In this document: positions 1 through 9,718 of the stretch, piece after piece | How the letters are laid out: the number at the start of each line of letters is the position of its first letter | Position numbering within the stretch: position 1 is the first letter of the stretch | Assembly (NCBI GenBank): GCA_042218065.1 | Contig: JBDGRL010000012.1 | Span: forward strand, 4,244-68,243 | Reading direction: 5' to 3' | Source of the DNA: Candidatus Magasanikiibacteriota bacterium | GTDB taxonomy: Bacteria > Patescibacteriota > Patescibacteriia > Magasanikbacterales > UBA922 | Length of the DNA: 64,000 nt | Made by a program: the position numbers and the translations under genes | The notes under the pieces: model-generated | Told to the model about the DNA's origin: nothing | Databases searched by the model: none | Seen by the model: only the letters and a program-made list of their open reading frames with translations

Positions 1-1653
1 CCAGTTTAGATCTCGGCTGTCGGCACACAGATTCCAGCCTATGAACTTATGCATTTTTCTCTTTTCGTGTGTTGCCATAAATGTAAGGTGGTTGTTATTC
101 GATCCCACCGGTTTTACCGATTGTACTTCCAGCTCTTCTGCTAGGTACTTCGGCTTTCTGTTTCCTTTTCCAAAGGGTTTGAACTGTTGTAGTATATCAT
201 AAAGTTCCCAGTCTACGTGCTTCATTTTTATCTTTGAATCAATTACTATTTTTTTCTTTAGATCTTCCTTGTCGGTTTCTTGTTTGAATTTATCTATTAA
301 ATCTTCTTTGAAATCTTCAAGTGTATCGTTTTCAGATAAGGTAAAGCCGCAAGCCATAGGATGGCCCCCGAAAGTAGAGAAGTAATGGTCCATATCTTGA
401 AGTGCTTCTACTATATTAAACCCCTCTATGCTTCTGCCCGAGCCGGTGTATTCCCCTGATTTGTAGGTTACAGCTATTGTCGGCTTGTGATGTTTTTCCT
501 TTATCTTGCTGGCGATAAGCCCGGTAAGCCCCTTTTTCCAACCCTCGCCTCGGACAAATAGTAACGGCTGATCTTGTTGTTCTTCTATCTGCCTTTCGAC
601 TTCTTGCATATTTTCCTTTACCATCTGTTGTCGGTCTCTGTTATTTTGGTTTAGCTCATCAGCCAAATCTATCGCTTCTATCTCATCGTCCGTGACCATC
701 AGCCTGTAAGCTACATTGGCGTGGTTTATGCGTCCGGCTGCGTTTATCCTGGGGGCAATTTGGAAAGCTATAGTGCCGCTGTCTATCTCTTGTTTCATGT
801 TGCCGTCCTCTTCCATAATACTGGCTTCGAGCAATAGTTTTTGCAGACCTATTCTTTTGGTTTTATTTAGTACTATAAACCCGTGCTTGGTCAGTGTTCT
901 AGCTTCGCCTTTCAGCGGCACCATATCAGCTACATTGGCGATAGCTACGAGATCCAAAAGCCACTTCTCAAATCCCTCATGAGAGTGCTCACTTTCCAGT
1001 CTATCGTCTTGTTGTTTGTCTTTTCTTAGCAGACCTTGGGCTAGCTTGAAGGCTACTGCGCCGCCGCTTAGGGTCTGGTCCGGATAGTTTTCTTCTTCTA
1101 TCTTTGGGTGTAGAGTTGCAAAGGAGTCGGGGGTTTGCTCTGGAATGGAGTGGTGGTCGGTAATGATTACATCCATATCGTGTTCATTTGCGACTTCTAC
1201 CTCTTCTTTATCACTGATGCCACAATCGCAGGTGATGATAAGATCAACATTGTCATCTGCAAAAACCTCGATTGCACCTTTGTTTAGCCCGTATCCTTCT
1301 GTCTCGCGATTGGGTAGGTAGACATCCAGGTTTTCTGCTCCTAATGCTTCGAGTGTTTCATCTAGTATTGCAGCTGCGGAGACACCATCTGCATCATAGT
1401 CTCCGAATATCATTATGCTTTCATCTTCGTCTATAGCAGAGAAGATTCGCTCTACCGCGGTTTCCATCTCGCCAAATAAAAAAGGATCATGAATATCTTC
1501 GCTATAGTCGGGGTTTAAAAACTCATCTATTTCTTCTTGGCTGCGAATACCTCTGTGATAGAGAAGACGGGCTACCACTTCTGGTAGCTCAGGGTGTTCA
1601 TCGTAAAATTCTTGAGGAGGTTCATCTTTAAGTTCCCAAATTTTTTCAGACAT
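1..1653 (-). CDS. recJ: Single-stranded-DNA-specific exonuclease RecJ (C-terminus runs off the window start)
   Basis: My own minus-strand translation from the ATG at 1653 gives MSEKIWELKDEPPQEF... It carries DHH-family motifs (GDYDADGV, ITDHH) and the DHHA1 motif GGHPMACG. The frame stays open to position 1 (551 codons). It is absent from the ORF track because no stop lies in the window. Confidence 0.85.
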   Translation of the reverse strand, partial: MSEKIWELKDEPPQEFYDEHPELPEVVARLLYHRGIRSQEEIDEFLNPDYSEDIHDPFLFGEMETAVERIFSAIDEDESIMIFGDYDADGVSAAAILDETLEALGAENLDVYLPNRETEGYGLNKGAIEVFADDNVDLIITCDCGISDKEEVEVANEHDMDVIITDHHSIPEQTPDSFATLHPKIEEENYPDQTLSGGAVAFKLAQGLLRKDKQQDDRLESEHSHEGFEKWLLDLVAIANVADMVPLKGEARTLTKHGFIVLNKTKRIGLQKLLLEASIMEEDGNMKQEIDSGTIAFQIAPRINAAGRINHANVAYRLMVTDDEIEAIDLADELNQNNRDRQQMVKENMQEVERQIEEQQDQPLLFVRGEGWKKGLTGLIASKIKEKHHKPTIAVTYKSGEYTGSGRSIEGFNIVEALQDMDHYFSTFGGHPMACGFTLSENDTLEDFKEDLIDKFKQETDKEDLKKKIVIDSKIKMKHVDWELYDILQQFKPFGKGNRKPKYLAEELEVQSVKPVGSNNNHLTFMATHEKRKMHKFIGWNLCADSRDLNW

Positions 1654-1658
1654 AGCTG

Positions 1659-1757
1659 TTAATATCTAAGTGCCGGCAAGATAGTAAAGAAGAGCATACC
1701 GAGCACTCCTATGACCGTCATAATTATTGTGAGAATTCGTTTATTTTTCTTTTTCAT
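1659..1757 (-). CDS. Possible 32-aa small membrane peptide (MKKKNKRILTIIMTVIGVLGMLFFTILPALRY)
   Basis: My own translation shows a basic N-terminus followed by one hydrophobic helix. The stop lies 5 nt upstream of the recJ ATG. It is below the ORF-track cutoff and has no clear SD. Confidence 0.25.
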   Translation of the reverse strand: MKKKNKRILTIIMTVIGVLGMLFFTILPALRY

Positions 1758-1794
1758 AGAGATTTAGTTACAATTTGATTATATCTTAAAAATT

Positions 1795-3588
1795 TTATCG
1801 CTTCAACACGGACATATACGCCTCCTTGGGTATATCGACGCTGCCGTGCTGTTGCATTTTCTTTTTTTGTTCTTTTTGCCGCTCCAGCAGCTTTCTCTTT
1901 CTAGTCACATCACCGCCGTAGAGGTCTTCCGTGACATTTTTTCTTCTGGCGGATAGATGTTCGGCTGCCACTATATCACCACCTACTGCTGCTTGTATCT
2001 TAAGTTTAAACTGTTGTCGCGGCAGAGTATCCGCCAGAGATTCCACCACCTTTCTTCCAACTTGTTGAGCTTGGTCCTCCCATACCAGCAGTGATAGTGA
2101 GTCTACTTTTTCTTCTGCCACTAGTACATCCATTCGTACTACATCAGCTTCTCGGTACTCATCAAATTCATAGCTGAGGGATGCGTACCCTTTGGAGGCA
2201 GATTTTAGCTTATCGTAAAAGTCTGTAATCAGTGCAGCTAAAGGCATTTTATATGTCAGTATCACCCGTTGTGTATCATCAGTATTTAAATGCTCTCTAG
2301 TATGGTAGTTTCCTTTTTTATTTTCCAACAGTTGCATCACATCACCGATATATTTTTCCGGGGTCAGTATTTCTACATCCATCCAGGGTTCTTTAATGGT
2401 GTCAATTTTTGGTCTCTCCGGTAGGTCCTCAGGACTTTTGACATTTATCTGTTCACCGTCGGTTTTTGTGACTTTGTATTCCACCGAAGGGACTGTAGCA
2501 ACGATATTTAGATCGAACTCGCGCTCCAGACGTTCTTGGAAAATCTCTAAGTGCAGCATACCTAAAAAACCGCACCTAAAGCCATAACCCAAAGCAGGCG
2601 AGTGGTCCGGCCGATAAGTAAGTGCAGAGTCACTAAGCTTGAGCTTTTCTATTGCTTTTCTCAGATCTTTTGATTCATCGCCCTCTTGTGGAAAGATACC
2701 GGCAAAAACTCTTGGTTTTACTTCTTTGTACCCGGGTAGAGGCTTATCAACGGGACTTCCTTGATTAGTGATTGTGTCTCCGACTTGTACTTTGTTTATA
2801 TCTTTCAAATCGGTGACTAAGTATCCTATTTGTCCTGTTTCTAGCTTTTCTTTTTCTTGCATTTTAGGGGAGTGGTAACCAGCTGCCAGTACTTTTGTCT
2901 CAGCTCCTGAGCGCATTAGCTCAATCTCTTCGTCTGTTTCAGCTTGACCCTGCATAACTCGTACTGAGGCGACTACACCTCGGTAATCATCATAGTGAGA
3001 GTCAAAAATAAGCGCCTTCAGCTTGTCCGAGTCGGGGCTTATATCCGGCGGAGGTGTTCTATCTACTACAGCATCTAAAACCTCTTCTACACCTTCTCCT
3101 GTTTTGGCGGAGCAAGTTAAGATATCATCTATGTCACAGTTGAGAAGTTCAGCCAGCTCGATTTTTCGTTTGTCTAAATCAATATTATCCAAATCTATCT
3201 TGTTCAACACCGGTATGACCTCTAAGCCTTGCTCTTGGGCAAGGTACAGATTAGCGATAGTCTGGGCTTGGACGCCCTGAGAAGCATCGACCAGCAAGAT
3301 TACACTCTCTACAGCTGCAAGAGATCGGGACACTTCATAGTTAAAATCGACATGGCCCGGTGTGTCTATCAGGTTTAAGGTGTGGTCTCTGTATTTCATA
3401 CGGACAGGCTGCAGCTTGATAGTAATACCCCGTTCTTGTTCTAGATCCATAGTGTCTAGGTGCTGGTCCGACATTTCATCATCTCTGATGGTTTTGGTCA
3501 TCTCCAAAAATCGGTCTGCCAGAGTAGATTTGCCGTGATCTATGTGAGCTATTATTGAGAAGTTTTTTATTTTATTTTCTTTGCTCAT
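1795..3588 (-). CDS. lepA: Elongation factor 4 (LepA)
   Basis: 597 aa. GTPase motifs AHIDHGKST, DTPGHVDF and NKID are present, and length and domain order are typical of LepA. Confidence 0.97.
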   Translation of the reverse strand: MSKENKIKNFSIIAHIDHGKSTLADRFLEMTKTIRDDEMSDQHLDTMDLEQERGITIKLQPVRMKYRDHTLNLIDTPGHVDFNYEVSRSLAAVESVILLVDASQGVQAQTIANLYLAQEQGLEVIPVLNKIDLDNIDLDKRKIELAELLNCDIDDILTCSAKTGEGVEEVLDAVVDRTPPPDISPDSDKLKALIFDSHYDDYRGVVASVRVMQGQAETDEEIELMRSGAETKVLAAGYHSPKMQEKEKLETGQIGYLVTDLKDINKVQVGDTITNQGSPVDKPLPGYKEVKPRVFAGIFPQEGDESKDLRKAIEKLKLSDSALTYRPDHSPALGYGFRCGFLGMLHLEIFQERLEREFDLNIVATVPSVEYKVTKTDGEQINVKSPEDLPERPKIDTIKEPWMDVEILTPEKYIGDVMQLLENKKGNYHTREHLNTDDTQRVILTYKMPLAALITDFYDKLKSASKGYASLSYEFDEYREADVVRMDVLVAEEKVDSLSLLVWEDQAQQVGRKVVESLADTLPRQQFKLKIQAAVGGDIVAAEHLSARRKNVTEDLYGGDVTRKRKLLERQKEQKKKMQQHGSVDIPKEAYMSVLKR

Positions 3589-3670
3589 TTTTATTTGTTT
3601 GGCGGTTAGTTTAGCAATTTTTTGAATTTTAGTAAAGATAAGATTCTTGCGTATTTATAAGGTTTATTTT

Positions 3671-5284
3671 TTATATTTCATCCGGCTCGTCAACTTCTGC
3701 TTCAATGTCAGTCCAACTTAAGTATTTTCGCTTTGCGCTAGATTGTAGCTGTTGTAGCTCTTTCGTTTTTAGTAGATACGAGATTAGGATATAAACCATC
3801 AGTCCCAATCCTCCTAAAATTAGACCATAGAAGAAAGTGAGAATCATACCTTCAAAGTTTGTTAATCGATTAAGATAAGGTTCAGCTAGATACATTGTCA
3901 GCCACATGAAGATGCTAGCAGGTGTGATTTTAGCTATGAGCTTGAGGAGTTTGCTCTCGCGTATTGATCCTAATTTGTTTCTCAACAAAAGCCAAAGCAG
4001 TGCGAACTGGCATATCATAGAAATCGAAAACGCCATCGCTAGACCGCTGATCCCAAAGCTGTCCTTTAGCAACAGTGCGGCCACCAAATTTATAATCATT
4101 CCTATTGTTGCAACTACAAATGGACCCCATGTATCCTTCAGTGCAAAAAAGCCTCGGATAAGCACAGGGATCAAACTCTGAGCAAAGAGAGATACTGAAA
4201 AGAAGGCAAGTGCTGATGCGGTCTGCTTTATAGACTGCCGGTCAAATTTACCGGAACCAAAAACCACTTCTACTATCTCGACTCTAAGCAGAATAAAGAG
4301 AATTGTTATTGGTATGATCAAAAATAATACCTTTCGGATGGTGCTGACTAGAAGCTCAGTCATATCTTCCGCTTTTTCTTTTGCTATCAGCTCGGAGAGA
4401 GCAGGAAAAGAGGCAAGAGCAAATGAGTAACCTATAATTCCTACAGGAAAGTACTGTATATTTTTTGCAAAATTAAAGATAGTTAGGCTTCCTGCAGCCA
4501 AGGTTGAGGCGAGGATTGTCATAATCAAAAAATTCATCTGATTTGCTGCCAGACCCAGAGTTCTGGGGATCATCATTTTACCTATTTTTTTCAGATGCGG
4601 ATTGTGCCAGGGAAGAATAAATTTATACTCAAAACCGAGATGAAACAAAGTGGGAACTTGTATTGCTAGATGCAGGAAAGCGCCTAAAATTACACCCCAA
4701 GCAAGACCAATTTCTCCAAAGTGAGGAACGAAAAATAATGCTCCTGCGATAATCCCTAGGTTATACACTACAGGAGTAAAGGAGTAAACTATGAATGATT
4801 TAAATGACTGCAGTACACCGCTGGCGATGCTACTAAGCCCCAACAAGATTGGGCTTAAAAACATCACTCGGGTCATTTTTATTGTTAGATCTAATTTTTT
4901 TCCGCTATAACCCGGAACCACCCACTGCATTAATTGTGGGGTGAAGATGAATAAAATAGTACATATGACAATGAGTGATATTCCCAATATATTCAACACC
5001 CCGTTAGTGACCTTCCAGGCCTCGTCCGTATCATCTTCTAGAAGCTCTTTAAACACCGGGATAAAACCGGCAGATAAAGCTCCGACGACCAGCATATTAT
5101 ATACCAAATCCGGCACACGAAAGGCTGCAAAATAAGCATCCAAAGTATTCCCAGCTCCGAACTGGTGGGCAAAAATTTTATCCCGCGCTAAACCGATAAA
5201 ACGGGAGACTAAAGAAGCTGCCCCTACTGCAATAGCGGCTCCGGTAGTGCTTTTAATTTTACTTTTAATCAGTTTCTTTATCAT
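3671..5284 (-). CDS. murJ: Lipid II flippase MurJ/MviN
   Basis: 537-aa polytopic protein. The N-terminus SRFIGLARDKIFAHQFGAGNTLDAYFAAFRVPD is typical of MurJ. Confidence 0.9.
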   Translation of the reverse strand: MIKKLIKSKIKSTTGAAIAVGAASLVSRFIGLARDKIFAHQFGAGNTLDAYFAAFRVPDLVYNMLVVGALSAGFIPVFKELLEDDTDEAWKVTNGVLNILGISLIVICTILFIFTPQLMQWVVPGYSGKKLDLTIKMTRVMFLSPILLGLSSIASGVLQSFKSFIVYSFTPVVYNLGIIAGALFFVPHFGEIGLAWGVILGAFLHLAIQVPTLFHLGFEYKFILPWHNPHLKKIGKMMIPRTLGLAANQMNFLIMTILASTLAAGSLTIFNFAKNIQYFPVGIIGYSFALASFPALSELIAKEKAEDMTELLVSTIRKVLFLIIPITILFILLRVEIVEVVFGSGKFDRQSIKQTASALAFFSVSLFAQSLIPVLIRGFFALKDTWGPFVVATIGMIINLVAALLLKDSFGISGLAMAFSISMICQFALLWLLLRNKLGSIRESKLLKLIAKITPASIFMWLTMYLAEPYLNRLTNFEGMILTFFYGLILGGLGLMVYILISYLLKTKELQQLQSSAKRKYLSWTDIEAEVDEPDEI

Positions 5285-5964
5285 TTATTCGGGATAACTA
5301 TATCCAGAGAACCAATCTCTGTGCCGGGTTGTTCCGGGTTGTTTTCCAGATACAGACTTCCCACTATCCCCCCCTTACTAAAGCCGATTTGTTTAATATC
5401 TTTTTTGTCAGCTGTGCTATTTACCGTAAAGCCGTTCTTTTTTAGCTCGGTAGTATAAAAATCTTTTACGAAGTCTGGCTCGGCTGATATATTTCTCCAT
5501 TCAATCACGATCTTGTTTTGCCTTTTTTTGGTCGGCTGATTCATTAAATAGAGAAACTCCGAAAATATATTCTTTTTCTCGGTCGAATCTTTTGCGTTCA
5601 GGTAGTTTTTAAGCTCAACCGGGGAGTCTTCTTGTAGTATCACGTGAGCAGAGACCAGGAAGAATTTAGGCACTATATCTGAGACTTTCGCTAGAAAGGT
5701 TTTGTTATTCTGAGAAGCCACTGCTATTCTGCTGATGCTGTCTTGTTCATATACCGGTACTCCTTCGGGTAGGCTTTTTGGTACTTTTTTTACCTCTTTT
5801 AGGTGTGGTGAAGAAGCAAATTTAATCAACCCCAAAAAGCTAATAATCAGTAGAATAATAAAGAAACAACCCTTACCGCAGCTTCTCTTTAGGCAAGAAC
5901 CTTTCTCTTCTAGCTCTTGTACTGCTGGCCCTTTTACCTGAACATCATTGTCTTCCTTGCGCAT
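5281..5964 (-). CDS. Hypothetical membrane-anchored protein
   Basis: Track ORF 5281..5982 begins with TTG, and the first ATG (MRKEDND...) is at 5964. It has one TM segment (CFFIILLIISFLGLI). There is a 4-nt ATGA overlap with the murJ start. Confidence 0.7.
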   Translation of the reverse strand: MRKEDNDVQVKGPAVQELEEKGSCLKRSCGKGCFFIILLIISFLGLIKFASSPHLKEVKKVPKSLPEGVPVYEQDSISRIAVASQNNKTFLAKVSDIVPKFFLVSAHVILQEDSPVELKNYLNAKDSTEKKNIFSEFLYLMNQPTKKRQNKIVIEWRNISAEPDFVKDFYTTELKKNGFTVNSTADKKDIKQIGFSKGGIVGSLYLENNPEQPGTEIGSLDIVIPNK

Positions 5965-6111
5965 AGATATAGTTAAAAGCAATAATTAGGATATCAGAAA
6001 TAGGGGTTATTGTACAGATCATCTCCTCCTTAATTACAACTGTATAATTAGACTTATTATTTCTTAGTTAGTTTGCTATACTTCAAATGATAAATAAATA
6101 AAATTAATTTT

Positions 6112-7473
6112 ATGCAGCTACAATTTTGCGGGGCCGCAAGAGAGGTCACGGGATCTTGTCATTTGTTGGAGACGGAAGATAAAAAGATCTTATTAGACTG
6201 CGGGATGTTCCAAGGTGGCAAATATGCAGATAAGAAAAACTGGGATGATTTCCCTTTTGAGCCTAAAGAGCTAGATGCAGTTTTAGTTAGTCACGCTCAC
6301 TTGGACCATGTAGGAAGACTGCCCAAGCTAGTCAAAGAGGGTTATTCGGGCCCGATCTATATGACCGAAGGCACTGTCGCGCTGACAAAGATCGTATTGG
6401 AGGATGCTCAAAAAATAATGGAGCACGATAAGGATCAAAAAGATGATCCTGTACTTTACAGTAAAGAGGATGTAAATAAAGTAATGGAGCTGGCCAAAGA
6501 CGTAGTATATGATAAGGAGGTTAGATTATTTGATGATATAACAGCTAGATGGAAAGATGCCGGTCATATTTTAGGCTCCGCTTTTATAGAAATTGAAGCT
6601 CAGGATAAGAATATAGTGTTCTCGGGTGATATCGGTAATACGGATGTGCCTATTCTCAGAGAAACCAGAGAGATGGGGGAGGTCGATGTATTAATTACAG
6701 AGTCTACCTATGGTGATGAAAAACATGAACCTAGAGATAAATCTACCGAGGTAATGCTTGATTTGATAAAAAAAGCCTGCAAAAACGATGGCACGATAAT
6801 GATCCCGGCTTTTTCAATAGAGAGGACACAAGAGCTGCTGTATGCACTACATCAAATTTCCGAACACTCAAACAATGATCTTTTGGACGGGCTGCCGGTA
6901 TATCTAGACAGCCCGATGGCGATCGATGTAACTGAGGTGTTTGAGGATTATCCTAAGTATTATGACGAAGAGGCTTATCAGCATTATGTAAAAGAGAATG
7001 ATATAATGGATTTGCCGAACTTAGAGTTTACTTATGATCGTAAAGCTTCCAAAAAAATAAACAGCAAACAACCGCCCAAACTGATCATTGCAGGTGCTGG
7101 TATGATGAACGGCGGTAGGATATTACACCATGCAATCAGGTATCTACCTGATCACGACTCTATTTTGCTTATAGTCGGTTATCAAGCTGAAGGAACTACT
7201 GGCAGGAGATTATATGAGGGTTGTGAAAAAATAGAAATATTCGGCAGTGAGGTAGAGGTTAATGCCCAGATAGAAGCGGTAGGCGGGATGTCTGCTCATG
7301 GAGATAAGAATAAGCTCTTAGATTGGATAGGAAGCGGGGAATCTGCGCCGGATAAGATGTATTGTGTACACGGTGAACCTAAATCGGCCACAAAGCTGGC
7401 ACATAGAGCAGAGGAGAAATATGATGGCATGGATGCTTTCGTGCCGGCTTATGGTGAGAAGGTGGAGGTATAA
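6112..7473 (+). CDS. MBL-fold beta-CASP ribonuclease (CPSF/RNase J-like)
   Basis: 453 aa. It has the metallo-beta-lactamase motif HAHLDHVG, the N-terminal FCGAAREVTGSC, and a C-terminal HGE motif (CVHGEPKS). Confidence 0.85.
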   Translation: MQLQFCGAAREVTGSCHLLETEDKKILLDCGMFQGGKYADKKNWDDFPFEPKELDAVLVSHAHLDHVGRLPKLVKEGYSGPIYMTEGTVALTKIVLEDAQKIMEHDKDQKDDPVLYSKEDVNKVMELAKDVVYDKEVRLFDDITARWKDAGHILGSAFIEIEAQDKNIVFSGDIGNTDVPILRETREMGEVDVLITESTYGDEKHEPRDKSTEVMLDLIKKACKNDGTIMIPAFSIERTQELLYALHQISEHSNNDLLDGLPVYLDSPMAIDVTEVFEDYPKYYDEEAYQHYVKENDIMDLPNLEFTYDRKASKKINSKQPPKLIIAGAGMMNGGRILHHAIRYLPDHDSILLIVGYQAEGTTGRRLYEGCEKIEIFGSEVEVNAQIEAVGGMSAHGDKNKLLDWIGSGESAPDKMYCVHGEPKSATKLAHRAEEKYDGMDAFVPAYGEKVEV

Positions 7474-7526
7474 ATAAAAATGCACTCTGCAAATACAGAT
7501 TTTGTCATCAATAAAATTTAAGATTA

Positions 7527-9623
7527 ATGAGTAAAAAGTTCAACCTACAATCAGAATTCGATCCAGCTGGAGACCAACCTAAAGCTATTGAAAAGTTGAC
7601 TGAAGGAGTTGATGAGGGATATGACAAACAAACTTTACTTGGAGTCACCGGCTCCGGGAAAACATTTACTATGGCTAACGTGATAGAAAATGTACAGATG
7701 CCGACCTTGGTTATTGCTCACAACAAGACTCTGGCAGCTCAGCTGTGTAATGAGTTTAGAGAGTTTTTTCCCGATAATGCGGTGCAATATTTTGTTAGCT
7801 ATTATGACTATTATCAACCGGAAGCCTATGTGCCCGGCAGTGATACATATATTGAAAAAGAGGCACAGATAAATGATGAGATAGAGAGGCTTCGCCATGC
7901 TACTACTCAGTCTATCTTGACCAGAAAAGATGTGATTATTGTCGCTTCCGTCTCCGCTATCTATGGGTTGGGCTCACCTGACAAGTACGAAAAAACAGTT
8001 TTAAAGCTAAATAAAGGGCAAGAGCTGGATCGAAGGGGCATGATGGAGCATCTGGTGGAGATGCAGTTTGACCGCACCAAAGATAATCTTGAGCGAGGCA
8101 CCTTCAAGGTTCGGGGCAGGGTATTTGAGATTATGCCGATTCACAAGGAAAGGATTTATCGGTTTGAGATCTCAGATCAGATTGAGCGGATAGAGGTGAT
8201 AGATCCTGTGACACGCAATGTAATTGAGGAAGTCGAACAGGCATGGTTTTTTCCGGCGGAACACTATGTAACTTCTGAGAGCAACAGAGAACAGGCTATA
8301 AAACAGATTCAGCAAGAACTTCAGGAAAGATTGGAATATTTTGAAAAGCAGGATAAAATGCTGGAGTATGAACGACTAAAACGTAGAGTAAATCACGATA
8401 TTGAGATGATCAGAGAAGTCGGGTACTGCAATGGAATTGAAAATTATTCACGTTATTTTGATAATCGTGAGCCGGGAGAAGCCCCATTTACATTAATTGA
8501 TTATTTCAAACATACTCATGATAACTTTTTGACTATTATAGATGAATCCCATGTCACTATACCCCAGATTGGCGGCATGTACGCCGGAGACAAGTCAAGA
8601 AAGGAAACGCTGATTGAGCATGGATTCCGGCTGCCCTCGGCAAAAGATAACAGACCATTGAAGTTTTACGAGTTTGAGGAAAGAATAGAGCAGACGATAT
8701 TTACTTCCGCTACACCTGATGATTATGAACTGGAGGAGTCCGGCCAGGTAGTAGAGCAGATTGTTCGTCCGACCGGTTTGGTCGATCCAGAGGTGTTGGT
8801 GCGCCCTATTACACCTATAAGTCAGGATAAGAGCGGAAATATTCATCAAAATGAAGAGCTGTATACACAAGATGAGATTGCAAGCAAAGACAAATCTCAA
8901 GTAGATGATTTAATTGATAGAATTAAAGATCGGATTGAGTCCGACGAGCGAACACTGGTTACGACTTTAACCAAAAAAATGGCAGAAGACCTAACTGATC
9001 ATCTAAAGAAAGAAAATATCTCCGTGAAGTATCTACACAGTGATATCGATACATTGGATCGAGTAGATATTATTCATGATCTACGCAAGGGAAACATCGA
9101 CGTTATTGTGGGAGTTAATCTACTGCGTGAAGGGTTGGATATACCCGAGGTCTCTCTGGTAGCTATTTTAGATGCTGACAAAGAAGGGTTCTTGCGCAGT
9201 GAGACCACCTTGGTTCAAACTATGGGTAGAGCTGCCAGAAACGTCAATGGACAGGTAGTGCTTTATGCTGATGAGCTCACCGGATCACTTGAAAACGCCA
9301 TTGAAGAGACACAAAGAAGAAGAAAAATTCAGCTGGAGTACAATGAAAAACATGACATTACTCCTGAAACTATTGAAAAGAGAATCAAGAATATTTTAGA
9401 TGAGTTCGGTATTATTAGAAGAAACACATCGGGCAAGAAGGTACCTGATTCAGAAGAAACCCTGGACCTAGAGCTGAAGGGGGACGATAGGGATCTGGAG
9501 GAGATTATAAAAGAGAAAGAAGAAAAAATGGAGCAGGCGGCCGAAGATCTGGACTTTGAGACTGCTGCAGTACTTCGAGATGAGATTAAGGAACTCAGGA
9601 TGAGATTAAAAGCTGAAAGTTAA
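7527..9623 (+). CDS. uvrB: Excinuclease ABC subunit B
   Basis: 698 aa. It has Walker A GVTGSGKT, helicase motifs (DESH, GRAARN) and a C-terminal UVR domain (FETAAVLRDEIKELR). Confidence 0.97.
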   Translation: MSKKFNLQSEFDPAGDQPKAIEKLTEGVDEGYDKQTLLGVTGSGKTFTMANVIENVQMPTLVIAHNKTLAAQLCNEFREFFPDNAVQYFVSYYDYYQPEAYVPGSDTYIEKEAQINDEIERLRHATTQSILTRKDVIIVASVSAIYGLGSPDKYEKTVLKLNKGQELDRRGMMEHLVEMQFDRTKDNLERGTFKVRGRVFEIMPIHKERIYRFEISDQIERIEVIDPVTRNVIEEVEQAWFFPAEHYVTSESNREQAIKQIQQELQERLEYFEKQDKMLEYERLKRRVNHDIEMIREVGYCNGIENYSRYFDNREPGEAPFTLIDYFKHTHDNFLTIIDESHVTIPQIGGMYAGDKSRKETLIEHGFRLPSAKDNRPLKFYEFEERIEQTIFTSATPDDYELEESGQVVEQIVRPTGLVDPEVLVRPITPISQDKSGNIHQNEELYTQDEIASKDKSQVDDLIDRIKDRIESDERTLVTTLTKKMAEDLTDHLKKENISVKYLHSDIDTLDRVDIIHDLRKGNIDVIVGVNLLREGLDIPEVSLVAILDADKEGFLRSETTLVQTMGRAARNVNGQVVLYADELTGSLENAIEETQRRRKIQLEYNEKHDITPETIEKRIKNILDEFGIIRRNTSGKKVPDSEETLDLELKGDDRDLEEIIKEKEEKMEQAAEDLDFETAAVLRDEIKELRMRLKAES

Positions 9624-9718
9624 GCAAATAAAATTATAAAAATAGCTCTGATAAGCATAATGAAGGGCCCAATAAACCTCTTTGTTGTATTTGATATAAT
9701 TTTAAAAAGTTTTGAGCT

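Noticed and set aside
716-982. Numerous 60-110-aa track ORFs lie inside or antisense to long genes, for example 716..982, 2396..2587, 3023..3280, 14018..14272, 25027..25221 and 54381..54674.
   Set aside because: Each is fully nested in a confidently identified longer gene on the other strand or in another frame, has low-complexity or hydrophobic-junk composition, and shows no independent signals.
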